Part shown: positions 23,213 to 35,857 of the stretch, in pieces
Numbering within the stretch: position 1 is the first letter of the stretch
How the letters are laid out: every line of letters begins with the position of its first letter
Assembly (NCBI GenBank): GCA_040437565.1
Contig: JBDOQK010000057.1
Coordinates: forward strand, 186,001 to 229,052
Length of the DNA: 43,052 nt
DNA from: Albugo candida
Taxonomy: Eukaryota
Reading direction: 5' to 3'
Position numbers and translations under genes: made by a program
The notes under the pieces: generated by a model
What the model saw: the letters and a program-made list of their open reading frames with translations, nothing else
The model's database searches: none
Told to the model about the DNA's origin: nothing

Positions 23213-26200
23213 CTCCCACTCACTGTCGTTGCAAGGTCGATCTAATCCCCATTGCATCACAAATAAGTTTCATTCTATTCGTGCCGAGTGCTTTCGTTAA
23301 TATGTTCGCGAGTTGGTACTTTGTCTCTTTGTAGATCACTTTAATCAGCCCTTCCAAAATCTTCTCGCGAATAAAGTGATAGCGAATATCCACATGCTTC
23401 GCTCGCGCGTGATATCCTGGGTTCGTTGCCAACGCGGTAGCCCCTTGGTTATATTCGTACACCACTGTTGATGCCTTCTGTTCAAATCCAAAATCCGATA
23501 ACATTGATCTTGCCCATAGTACGTCTTGAGTACACATGATCAATGCCATGTATTCAGCTTCAGATGTACTCAACGCCACTGTCCTTTGATACTTTGAATT
23601 GAACACAACAGGTCCACCATTAATTAGTATCAGATCACCGAGATCATCCAGGTTGCTTCCCAATCAGCATCACCGTATGCTGATATTTGGTTCGGGGTCT
23701 CGTTGCGATTGTAATATACTCCAAATGTTATTGTTGGAATCAGGTAATGCAACACCTCGATTGCTGCTTCTAATGATGTTGTCCTGGGTCAGATGCAAAC
23801 CGTCCAAGTTGGCTTACAGCAAACGCCACATCTGGTCTTTCGCAAGTCGCAACATATAGCAGTCGACCAATAAGCTGGTGATACGGTGTGCGTTTGATGA
23901 CTTCCTTTTCTTCTGGCGTTTTTGGACCGTATCCTCCTTAGAGTTTTAAACTTGAGTCACATGGATTCTCTGTAGACGAGCTTGACTCTGCTTGAGCAGT
24001 TCTGTAGTCATTTTCATATACTTCTACTGTGTAATTGACATCTCACGCTTCTTGTGATCGTACCCAGTCGTGGCTTCTTCAGATGAGCTTGGCAAGTGTT
24101 GTGTAACCATAGTTACTTCAACCATAAAAGACACATCGCTAGCCAATCGAGATTGTTTAGGTGGAGGTTCTTCCTCGTCGCTCGCGCTTACATGGAAGTC
24201 TGGGTCATCAAGTACAATACTGTTTTCCGGATTATTGTCAGCTCGTTTTGCTTCAATCCTCAGTGTTGACGAGGGTTAGATCCGTGCCGCTCTCGCACTA
24301 GCAATTCCACCGGTTTTGTCGGAAAGAAGTCGTCGATCCATCACAGGAAGAGATCTACGAGCCATTTTTGGGTGGGATACTAAGGCGTCCGTAGTTCCCC
24401 CAGCAGACGCTATGTCTTCCGGAAAAATCCATTTTCGGATTCAATGGCACTCATGTGTGCATCCATTTCCACGTCATCAACAACACTTTGACCTTCCATA
24501 TCCACGTCATCAGATCCATTGATCATATCCAAATCGTTAAATTCATGGTACTGTAAATCATCGCGCGATATAAAATCTGTGTCACACACTTGCGGCTGTT
24601 TAGTTGGCTTGTGGGCTCCATCATTGAGTATGTTGTCTTCGTAGATACTTTCCACTTCGCGTTCATCCAGTAGTATCATTCTGCTGACCTGGACGATGTT
24701 CGCTTCCAAGTCAAGTACTTTGTAGCCTGGTATGAGATGCATAGCCCAGTAACACACAGCGAGAACTCTTCACATCGAATTTCGTGCGTTTTGTTTCGCT
24801 GACATGTGCATATCCAAGTGATCCAAATACGCGCAAATAAAGTAGGTTTGATTTCGTCTTAAACACATTTCGAATATAGTCATAGTTTTGTTCGTGCTTG
24901 TCGTGGTTCTATTAATTCGATGCACAGTGGTATTGACCACTTCAACCACCAAGTCTGCGAAACACACTTGTAGTGCATCATGCTCAGTGACTGTCCGGTT
25001 GATTTCGCTCTCCCTTTTGTTATGGGCTGTAAGGCACTGTTTTCGATGAATAATTCCATTCATCCAGCAAAACGCATCAAATTTCTGGTTCTGAAATTCA
25101 CTTCCTTTTATCCTTGCATATACCCTTGATCTTAATTCCACACTGTAACTCCATCTCAATTTGTACTCGATAAACTCTGTGGTGACTTCATTCTTGTTCC
25201 TTAGGAAATAAACATTCACATATGTCGAGAAGTCATCAATGAACGACAACATGAAACGCGATCCACAGGGGTTTCTGATCCTCATCAGCCCTATTACATC
25301 GGAATGAACATGTTGTAATAAAATATTTTCTCCTCCTTTTTGATTCGTTAGAGAATGCCGCCACAGCCATTTTTCCTGGAGACATCCACTGCACTGATTG
25401 CCTCTTGTCGTTAGATTTTGGCAAAGCTTCGGTCACCAACTGCGTTCTCTGGTAAACATTGTAGCTTGGGAGGCTCAATCTAGCGTGCCATAGCTCCTAC
25501 TTGTCCTGAGTCTTATTGTATTCAACTACCATAGCGTGGTCTTGCTCTACGTTGAGTGTGTAAATACTTCCTTCACGTAGCTGATATGATTAGATCGTTG
25601 CCAGTATGTATGCCGCAGTATTTCGCTCCGAAACGCATGTTGAGTCCGTGTTGAGCAATCTTCGGAACTGAGGATAGTCGTCTATCCAGAGCCGGTATGT
25701 GCAGTACTTCGTGCACAGTTACCATCGTGCCATCCTTGCAGAGAAATACAATCTTTCCTTCCCCAATTGTTTACAGCTCGGGTCCATCTGCGACGCGAAC
25801 TTCAATGGGATCCTTGAGCTCCCGGTACTCGATAAAATCTTCCTTGGTGGGAGTCATATGTGACGAGGCGCCATTATCCAATAGCCATCCTTGTTTGCCA
25901 CCATCATGAATTGCGAATGCAACTTCATTCATGTTCTTGCGGTTTTTGTCTTGCAATCAAATTGTTTGTGACCCAACTTATTGCATCTGTGACATCTTCC
26001 ACGGAATTTTGGCTTCCTTCTTGAACCTTCTGATCGCTCTCGTGTTGACGCATTGTTCGTCCTCTGTTTTGGCCGCGAAATGCACCCTCCGAGGTTTCTT
26101 TTTGCTGTTTTTTTTCATATTTCTTCAGCAATTTTTCTTGCACGCCCTCAAGTGCCAATCCGCTTGAGCTTTCTAGAATTGTTATTATCATGTCTTACTA

Positions 26201-26678
26201 CGCTGATAAATTCCAGGGAAAATCGTCGTCTTTCGATATTCATCCATGACGTCTTTAACTTCCTTCATACTCAATGTGAGTTCATCAAACCGATCGAGTG
26301 GTTGGCTATGTTACTTCCTTCTTCCATGCGAAATTCATAGAGCTTTCGAGTCAAAGCCACTCTGTTTTGAAGGTTCGCGTGTTATAGTACTCCCTCAGTG
26401 TATCCCAGATCTCCTTAGCCGTAATTACGTGGCGAATCTTGACTGATGCTCCACTTCAAGTCCCTGAGCAATTATCGCATACGCCTTCATGTATTTCACT
26501 CCCGAGTCCGACTCTGACCTCTTTTCTGACTTTATTTCTATGATGTGATTCAACATGCCTTTCGCGCAAATGTCATTTTCATGTTGAACTCCCTGTGGAA
26601 GTGATTGCTGTCCCCGAGCAAGTCATCAGCTTCTTCATCTTCTCTCTAGCGCCAGAAAACGGTATTGGGCTCAAAACC

Positions 26679-26826
26679 TGATATGTTATCGAAGAAAACC
26701 AGAAGTAACGTAAAAACTCAGTTTAGTGCGCTTTGATTATATTTTCCAATAAAAAAATGACTCGTGGTATTCTCACTGCTGATAGGCCAAGATAGGAATT
26801 CTATCATCTCGCCATTCCCTTCAACA
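26679..26826 (-). repeat. 5' LTR of Copia-C (148 bp)
   Basis: TGTTGAAG...ACTTCTGGTTTTCTTCGATAACATATCA, directly followed by the PBS. Confidence 0.72.
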
Positions 26827-26874
26827 GTTTATACTTTTCCGCTTTTTGGCGCCTACTACACACAAACAACAGCA

Positions 26875-28330
26875 ATGGTACGCCGCCAGCAGTACACGAC
26901 TGATATGCTAGCTGACGCTATTGACCAAGTGTGCGCAGGAGAATCACCTACCAAAGTGCCATCACTCCTTCGCATCCCTCTGCGTACGCTCACCAAGCAA
27001 GTCAAGCCCTCGAGAAGTGGCGCCTATCTAGAACAAGCTCGTCGAGGGCTGCTACCAATGCTGACGGAAGTAGGGGAGGCGTACCTTGTTGAGTGGATTA
27101 ACGGCATGCAGTTCAATGGTACTTCTGCTTCCAGGCTCGACGTGCTGCACCGAGCGAGTGAGATGGTGTCACTCCTTTAAAGTAAGCCAATCGCCGTGTC
27201 GGACGGGTGGTACTAACGCTTCATGAGGCGCCACCCACGACTGGCGAACAGAGAGGCGCAGTCGATCGCGAGGAGTCGCACCTAGTGCTTCACGGAACGC
27301 CTCTCCATCCTATTTGGTACTCTCCCTAAGATTGTTGTGGAGGGTCGATATGATGCGAGCAAGTGTAAAAGATGGATGAGACGAGCTTCCTTTTTTGGTC
27401 GAAGAACACCAAGGTGGTTGCAATGAAAGGGTCACAGAACGTTTGGTCGAAATGCATTTCCGCAAACTTTCGCTTGTTTGTGGTGGCTTGTGGGAGTGTT
27501 TTAGGACACGTAATTCCATCCATCTATATCCTCCCTAGTTCAGCAAATTTCTCCCAATTTCATGGATTGCTGCTATGTTTGGAGCTCATGTCACTTATAC
27601 TGACAGCGGCTCGATTATCAGAGCGACGTTTCTGTGGTGGGTGGAAATTTTTTCGAACTCTGTCTCAAACTCCGTTTCCCGCCCACTTTTCTTGCTCTTT
27701 GACGGGTACTTATCTCATTTTACTGTCGCTTTGGTCGAAATGGGAGAACAATTGGTATTCAGTTCGTGTGTTTTCCTGCCAACGCAACACACCTTGTGCA
27801 ACCACTCGATATAGCCGTGTTCTCGGCTTTCAAGAAGACAATTCGTGCTGCGGTTCGTACGCACACGATGGATATCGGTAAATGATAATCATTGCAACTC
27901 TCTTCATTCTACCTACCTACTGACTTATCTTATTGTATACCGTAAATTGCAGGAGTGTAAGCTGCAGGAGTCTCAGCAAGGAAGCGGTAGTCCGAATGGG
28001 AAGCGCTGCATGGACCCAGTCGCTTCTAGGAAAGAATTGCGTGTCTGGCTTTCCCACCGCCGTCCTCTTTCCACTGTTACTTCCGAAGATGACAAGGCGC
28101 CTCAACCTTTTTGAAAGTGGTGGAGCCAGGCGTGGCCACACCAAGACGACGTAACTTGTTCACAAGTCGGCTATGAAGACCGAGATTTTGACACTTCCCG
28201 TCCAGCAACGAGCGGGCCCAACCAAGAAGCACAAGACTGTTGATGTCGCAGAGAGGCTTCTCACCCGAGAACAGCCGCACGACATATTAGATGCAGAAGA
28301 AGCCGACCGCAGCAAATCGCACAGTTGATA
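26875..28330 (+). pseudogene. pogo/Tigger-like transposase pseudogene (psq-HTH, CENP-B HTH, DDE_1); 3' boundary approximate
   Basis: MVRRQQYTTDMLADAIDQV...IPLRTL, LVEWI, SDGWY*RFMRRHPRL, MDETSF, RPLFLLFDGYLSH, PANATHLVQPLDIAVF, NCVSGF; stops and frameshifts. Confidence 0.92.
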
Positions 28331-29301
28331 AAAAATGCTCTAGTATTGAAAATTCGTTCGTGAGGCTCGCTAGCCCACGTTGCATGATAGATGATTGCAT
28401 TAACCTTTTTATATGGCATATCTTTCATTTCAATATATGTTGCTTATTTCGAATGATCCTTTTCATTGTATAAATCGAGCGAAGAATCAAACTACAAATA
28501 AAGACAGCACCTCGTTGCAAAAGGCTATGGACTTCACTTTGTCAGATTTTGACTACCATAGAAGCGCGCTTCTGATTCTTGCAACAGCAGGCTCCATGAG
28601 TGGCTTCAATAGCTGCGCAAGCTGCATGCGCAAACATAGAACCTATAAAAATCATTAATTAGAGAGAAAACGAGCGCGCCGTCCAGCATTCTNNNNNNNN
28701 NNNNNNNNNNNNNNNNNNNNNNNNNNNNNNNNNNNNNNNNNNNNNNNNNNNNNNNNNNNNNNNNNNNNNNNNNNNNNNNNNNNNNNNNNNNNTGCGCAAA
28801 CATAGAACCTATAAAAATCATTAATTAGAGAGAAAACGAGCGCGCCGTCCAGCATTCTCACCTTTTTTCACTATTCTGATCTTGGTCTCAAAATCCACTG
28901 AGACGCATGCAGACTTAAGTGCTGAAAATCGATACCTCTAACAATTAGTCACATTTCCAAAATATTCACATTGACGATAGGGTTGTTTTCGAAAGCAGTC
29001 AGACAAACCGACCCATAGTAAAATGAGGTGGATTTAGCGCACTAAACTGGTCGGTTGCAATTCCCGAATATCTGACTTTAATCTGAGCTTATGAGCAGAC
29101 AATCACAGGGAAAAGTTATTAATAATATGCATAATCAGTTGTTTGAGAAGTCAGTAGTCAGAAGTAAAGGAAAAACAAATGATCTGCGATAAAAATGAAC
29201 ACATTTTATTGCTATGCAACACATATGGTTCATCTAGCAGGAAGACTGGGTATCAGAAGAAGCGATATGGACAATTCGGAAGTAGCATGTAGTCAATACT
29301 C

Positions 29302-29472
29302 TTATGGTATTGCATGCGCTGTGTGTAAAATTGGCCGACCATTACCAATTGGAGTTGATGACTTAGTAGCTGGTGGTCCACAAATTGAGTTGGACGGGTC
29401 CAAACAGGGAGGCAATTGTGCATTTGAAATAATCATCAAGGTGACCACAGCCCAGAAGATGAGTCGGGCCAT
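29302..29472 (-). CDS. Candidate small secreted protein (56 aa, or first exon of a longer one)
   Basis: MARLIFWAVVTLMIISNA-QLPPCLDPSNSICGPP...: signal-peptide-like N-terminus, two Cys, INR/FPR-like motif upstream. Confidence 0.35.
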   Translation of the reverse strand: MARLIFWAVVTLMIISNAQLPPCLDPSNSICGPPATKSSTPIGNGRPILHTAHAIP

Positions 29473-29514
29473 GATAAAGTTGAGAAAAACCATTATTGAT
29501 TGCTTGTAGCTGGT

Positions 29515-29530
29515 AGGTTGCGAAATGAAG
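29515..29530 (-). promoter_or_regulatory. Oomycete INR/FPR-like core promoter motif
   Basis: CTTCATTTCGCAACCT versus the consensus GCTCATTYYNCAWTTT, about 43 nt upstream of the ATG at 29472. Confidence 0.35.
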
Positions 29531-30024
29531 TGTTCCATATAGTCTGAACTTTTAAAATTTCGTTTCAGTTAAGCAATAGCAAGCCTAAACATTACCAGCT
29601 GTTCCATGAACTTACCAAGCAGACTCAGTGGTTTTAGTAGCGTCTCGAGTACAGTTTCTACCGATTTTTCTCCTTCCCTTCCGTATCTGCACTTTCTTTG
29701 CCCTCCTTTCTTATAACTGATTTATTCAGCAGTATTTCTTTCCGCTGATCTCTAGTCCTCTTCTTCAGAGCAGAAGCACCAGAACCACTCCTGTCTTATT
29801 GCTCTATCTAGAGCAACTCACGCTTGCGTACTTTTTTACTCAGCTGACTTACTACCCTTACCTAGGGTACCTGCGTGATACAAAAACCATGTATTGCGTT
29901 GTACCATTTGCTTTTAATAATGATGCGCTAGCTTGCTATAGTTGTGATCCGAGTGTTGACCGAGTGATCTCCGCCTTGTGGATCAATTCTATTGGATCTC
30001 CGTAAAATCATTAATTTAAATGAT

Positions 30025-31264
30025 GGCCACTGCTACATGTATACCCCCCGTTTTCTATTTGTACACCCCTGATTAATAGTCAATCAAAAGCCTGGAAAAA
30101 CATCCTCGCGTCGCGAAACTCTTCGAACGTGCAAATAACTGTTTCACCTCGGTCTAAGTAGCAACGCCGAGCGAGACATGAACGAATAAATACAAAAAAG
30201 CAGCATTTAATAAAAATACACTAGTCGCTTCGGTGGAGTTATACTCTTCCGATCTTTTCTGCACAAATTCAACATTTTTGCTGAATGTGAAGCGTTTGAT
30301 CTCGGAAAAATAATCTTTTGTCTTATTTTACAAGCGATCAATTGCTTCCTGCTAAAAAAGAAGTGGTGTAGCATCCAAAGAGAGATTCTTGAGCACACAT
30401 AAATTTAATGAATTGTGACTAGTTATAACAGAGGATAAATCGGTGGCTTCATGTACAAAGAAGCCTATCTCACGGCAATCAAGTCGTCTAATGCAGTAAA
30501 AAACATCATGCGTTGAAGCTGCAATATTATGAATACTAAAACGGACGCATTAAACGTAGCTTAAATTTTTTGCCAGAAGAGGTTTCTTCCAGTAAAAAAG
30601 CGGAAGAACTTGTCTGAAACTCGTTTACACACAAAAGAATGAAATCAACCCATATAGCACAGGAGTATGTACCGAATTCAGCAACTAGGAGGAATGTTCC
30701 ACATCAAAGTGGTGTTTCAATAAGAAACCTGTCAGCCTAGTCGTGAAATAAAATTTGTCTCAGACTCCTCGATGCAGACATCCTGATCAACCACTTCAGA
30801 TTGTGGATGCATAGGAACATGATCTTGGTTACGATTCCAGCTGATTGGAGAAAGTGCAAGCATAGCGTAGGATGTGTTGAGGAAAAGGCCTTCATGATAG
30901 ATCAAAACATTCAGCAATGCTGGATGGATAGAATAGTGCCAAGAGTATGTGAAGAGACACACGACGGTCTATCGAGGTGTTTCTCCTATCTTGTATTGAA
31001 GATTGCTCGATTTATTATACACTCAGTGACAACGTTTAGAAAGAGTAGGAGGTGTCGTATCTTTAAAGCGAGAAGTGGCGTGCACAAGTTACGGTCATTG
31101 TTAAAACTGTGTGTGAAGGCGCAGCATCACAACTCAAGATACGAATCTGTTACGAATCTTTTCGTAACAGGAGGAAACTACGCGTCCGAGCAGCTTCGCG
31201 ATTCTTAGAACTTTTTCCAGGCTTTTGATTGGCTATAAATCAGGGGGTACATATAGCAGTAACC
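30025..31264. mobile_element. Non-autonomous TIR DNA transposon, probably Merlin-like
   Basis: Imperfect TIRs at 30025-30131 and 31181-31264 (GGYYACTGCTA...CAATCAAAAGCCTGGAAAAA), GG..CC termini, flanks TAAATGAT/TAAAACAT (6 of 8 match). The TIR pair is clear; the superfamily is inferred. Confidence 0.75.
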
Positions 31265-32291
31265 TAAAACATACGCCGCTATTGACTCTAATTCGAATCT
31301 TCGTGTGATCATCACTCGCTTTAATTCAGACGCGCGTGATAGATAAGTCATGATTTATCCAGATCGGACCATCACGTGTGATTGGTCAACTCGAACTGAA
31401 AGATGCAGCATACTTAGAGGAATATGTTTGTTACGGCCTATTTTGTAGCGCAAAATTAATTTGATGACATACTATTATCATTAAAGATATCAAATGATCG
31501 TGTTTGAGCTCAAGGGAAGCTTGAAATATTTATGTGTAATAAAAATTTGTAGTCTTATGCCGCGACAGGCTTTATTAAGTTTTTTATCGTAACGTGCAAC
31601 AAAGGCTAACGAGCCTAAATCAAAGATACTGGGTAGGAGTACATTTAACTTTCGCCAAAAAAAGCTGTAGGTTTTTCTCAGTATCTATCGAATCAAAATG
31701 TTAAGTACGAATTTGTCAGACAGAACACAGCACTCAAAGCTTTGTACCGACGTAGGTGGGAAATTTATGACGCTCATATTGGAAAGACTGAAGAACTTAG
31801 TCTTAAGGATTGTTCAGGAATTGAATATTTTGAAAACAAAACCTCAGTTTCGGCAATTTTCCTGGACCGCGACCATCTTCGCTCACCTGCCAACAGGTCT
31901 CATTTCACCTTTAAGATCCAAAATATAAAGTGAAGCATGATCAGTCTGCATTTGTAGATATTTGCGATGGACGGGGTAAATTGACTCACTTCACTTCACC
32001 TGAAAAATCAAAAGAGATGTGCCAATTATCATTACTCTATTTTCCTTATGTTTATCGAAGGAAATGGAGTCAGGCGCTACCAAATCTTCGAGAAGATTGT
32101 TAGTATCCAAAAACCAACATTTAATTAGGCCTGTAAATGAAGGCTCTCATCTGTGAGTAGAAACAGTACTTCTCCTGACTGCCAAAACCTGGTCATACTT
32201 CGTTTTTTTTTGCTTTAGGTACGGTGCGGAATAATGGATGGACTTATTTTATGTGGTCGTAATCCATTGCTGTAATTTGGGTTTATACTAA

Positions 32292-33812
32292 GGGAATTCC
32301 TAGACTCACCTTCGCTTTTCCTGAATTTACCCCATGCATTCTTGTAGCCAATCATATTTGACCATTTTGATTAATCACTTTTGACTCATTAAAAGTAGAA
32401 CTTGACGCAGGATGCAACCTGCAACTCCTGGCATTACGTCCTGTTGCTTCACAAATACTGCATCTGGGAAGGCGACAGGTTTTTGGATTAGTAATCCGAG
32501 CTTGATATTCTGCCTCGACATATTCAAAAGCTGAAGGGTCTCTTTGTGTTGAATTATTGCGTGAACCTGATGGCCTGCCTCTTCCCCTGATTGTCGGAAA
32601 ATCTTAGATTGTTGGGTTTGTGTTTAATTGTTCACGAACTGAATTGTAAATGTGATATTGTCGATGAGGTAGCTTCGAAGTTAGCAAGTCAAAACTTTTC
32701 TGTCTTTCTTGTATAAAGGCAATAATAGGTTGATGGGGGTTTCCTGCTTGAGCCAACATTGTAAGTCAAAGTCTTCTTTTGCAAACGGTGCGTTCTGTTG
32801 AATTAGCTGATTAAAGTTATGTTCACAAGGTATGTCCAGGGTCTGCTGATGTACACCGGTGCAAGTGGTCCTTGGTAATTCGCTTTGTTGTTGCGGGCTA
32901 ATTGATACTGTTTGCGGGCTATATTCAATGCATGCTTTGCTATCTCTCATCAAACTCCATGCACACACATTGGATTTCCAATGTTATTGTGTCCACGAAG
33001 ATGGTTTGAATTGCATTGGTATCTGAATTTTCTTTCTTTGATTTGCACAAGATAGCCTGATCCTTTTATAAACAGAAAGCAAACTCTGAATTTTTACCGC
33101 TATATTTTTATAATGTCGCATGCATCCTTTCTAACACAAGCTTTTTGGAAACCGTATAAAAGATCGCACACAAAGACTTTCTGTTTAAAAGGTATATTGG
33201 GAACTCCGTAGCAACTATCCTATGTCTCTCTACGACCTTTCACTGCCTACGAGTCTTCANNNNNNNNNNNNNNNNNNNNNNNNNNNNNNNNNNNNNNNNN
33301 NNNNNNNNNNNNNNNNNNNNNNNNNNNNNNNNNNNNNNNNNNNNNNNNNNNNNNNNNNNTCCAATGTTATTGTGTCCACGAAGATGGTTTGAATTGCATT
33401 GGTATCTGAATTTTCTTTCTTTGATTTGCACAAGATAGCCTGATCCTTTTATAAACAGAAAGCAAACTCTGAATTTTTACCGCTATATTTTTATAATGTC
33501 GCATGCATCCTTTCTAACACAAGCTTTTTGGAAACCGTATAAAAGATCGCACACAAAGACTTTCTGTTTAAAAGGTATATTGGGAACTCCGTAGCAACTA
33601 TCCTATGTCTCTCTACGACCTTTCACTGCCTACGAGTCTTCAAGAAGTGGTGATCTTCAACCAGTGGAGATCTTCAACTTACCGTCGGTGTATGCAGTAG
33701 TTCCGGTTGGGTAAGAAATATTACATATGCTTGCGTAAAATGATGAAATATGATTGGCTGAAAAAGTGGATGGGTGAATTAGGGAAAAGCGAGGGTAAGT
33801 ATAGGAATTCCC
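32292..33812 (-). mobile_element. Internally deleted Mutator-like element (MULE); about 1.14 kb after removing the gap and its duplication
   Basis: About 77-bp TIRs starting GGGAATTCCTA. Minus-strand remnants: CTGVHQQTLDIPCEH...DFDLQCWL (SWIM-like), IRGRGRPSGS, TQRDPSAFEYVE and RCSICEATGRNARSC (decayed CCHC knuckle). No convincing TSD. Confidence 0.88.
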
Positions 33813-35857
33813 TATCATTGTATCTTTTCCTGCCAGATCATCTCAGTCAATGGCGATGGAAGTAAAAAAAAACGCAAGAAGTTGAGCTTGTATTCTTCTC
33901 AACATGATTCATTATCAGCCGAGCACTGAAGAAATGATGGGAGAGATTTTTGAATCAATGAGTAAGGCCGAAGGGATAGTTCGGAAAATTTGACTTAGTG
34001 TCATTTCTTAATCATTTCTGGATTGGTGTCGTTTGCAGTCAACCATATCTCACTCTCCAAGCCGTCACTTTGCCATGTTTTCATATGTTTTCTTTTCTTT
34101 TTGCGTGAAGTCTTCGTATCTGAGTGTTGTTCTTGAAGCTTATTAGAATGAGATGTAAAAAAGAGTGAGAAACCAAACGTACATCTTATTTAGTGGCTTT
34201 GGTAATCTAGTATCTCTTTGCCAGGGATAAGATACCATATTTTGATGAGTAGCAACATTGCCATCTGACGTGACCAAACTGTTCATGCACGATGCTATTG
34301 GATTTACTAGACTAGCGTCCGCTTTTGCCCAAGTTTCTCAATTTTATCAACATCAAGATTTAGCGTCGAGCTTCTCAGGTGATGGAGACTTTTCTCTGAA
34401 TCAACCGCCAGTCCTGTGATCAAAAATATTTTTCTATATCATGACGGAAATGCAAAGTTGATCATCAAGCGATTTTGGCAAACGCGTAGAAAAGTTCATA
34501 TTTATTATATATCGATTGAACTTCTCTTCGCAAATCATAGAAAAATAAATGTGTCGCCCCAACTCGTTCTGGGAAGAATATATTGACGATGTACCTTGTT
34601 CTCGCTAATCATCTTGCCGTCAGCAGAAAACGAACTCATTCATTACCTTGAGACATACTTATAATGATCGTGAAGAAGAAGCACTCACTCCATGAAGCGT
34701 GATCCTGTCACCTTAGAGTGTTTTATCTAGATGAATTCCGGGCTGTATTTTTCCTGTGCTCAATAGCTGCATTGGTATTCAAGTTTGAGGCTCGGATGAT
34801 CTTAGTACCACTATGAGTAGCTCAGAAACTGATTACGAAAACTGTCACATAGCTTTATCGTATCGTATACAGCCATCTTGCACTAGGCGATTAACCATCT
34901 CTTTGCAGCTTGTCCTGTAATCATATGCCTTACGTACCACAACTACATGTCGCCTGATCTCCTCGTAATAATTTGCACCTTAAGCTATTTATTTTAGATC
35001 TGTGAAAAACATTTCTTCCATGGATATAGCTGATCAACCAAAAACACGCTACGAACAGCAGCTATGTACCGAGTCTATTTTTATTTCTTCCTGGCTTGCG
35101 CGGTATATTCTCCGAGGTGCACAACCGATATTATTTCTTTCTCGTTCACTGGGCAGAATAGTGTGAAAATTAGATTTTATCGCATCAACATGTTGTCCTT
35201 CCAAATCGTCGGTCCAGGCTTATCCGGATTAGGAAGGTACCTAGCGATGCAGGATGCTCATGTCCCGTAATTTTGTGACCACACCATCAAGGCTCCATAT
35301 CACTCTCACGAATTCACGCGAATTCTTCAATCGTGGCATGAGGTTTTCCTCCTTCTTCAAGTACCCTAATGGATATGCATACATTCAAATTTAGCTCTAT
35401 AGAGCAATATGGGAAAGGTGATCATGGCCGAAAGCTTGTCACGTCTAGACAAGAACATTTGCGGTATCTTGACTTGGGTGCTTAATTCTACACTGCAAGC
35501 TAAGCTAGAATTTGACATCGACAACACCATCCTGTGTGTACGGGACTCTGGATCTCTCAAAGGAAAAGGAAAATATCCAAAAATAGTCAACTTCTTGGAG
35601 CCCTACGACGACATCAATTCATTCAAATTTATCAGATGCCCGATGCGTACAACCCTAAGCAACATTGTATTTTCAAGCTGAGAACTTTGATCTCAATGAT
35701 GAGGTTGGAATGACCGAAAAGATTATTTAGCGAGTTGAGCAAGCAAGCGCTTATAGGCATCTCTTGTTTGCTTTGTAACATTTTTTATTTTATGATTGCT
35801 GCATCTTTAAAGTCCGCTATATCTCTATGTGAGATGGTATCTTTGAGACTACTTGTC

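Larger units (their letters stand above)
23079..26826 (-). mobile_element. Ty1/copia element, degenerate and internally deleted (Copia-C)
   Basis: PBS GGTTTTGAGCCCA (26666-26678), Zn-knuckle CHRCNKLGHKQFDC, protease WLLDNGASSHM, integrase VHSDV...FIDDFS, RNase H ORF 23220-23663 (VALSTSEAEYMA, AKHVDIRYHFIRE), PPT TGAGTGGGAG, then TGTTGG. Confidence 0.94.

Noticed and set aside
29037..29050. 14-nt match to the Copia-C 5' LTR (AGCGCACTAAACTG)
   Set aside because: Several chance 14-mer matches are expected in 43 kb, and there is no flanking similarity.
34070..34420. HMG-box-like YEDFTQKEKKTYENMAK and RxLR-like SLHHLRS peptides on the minus strand
   Set aside because: Too short, bounded by stops, and lacking a signal peptide or the rest of the domain.
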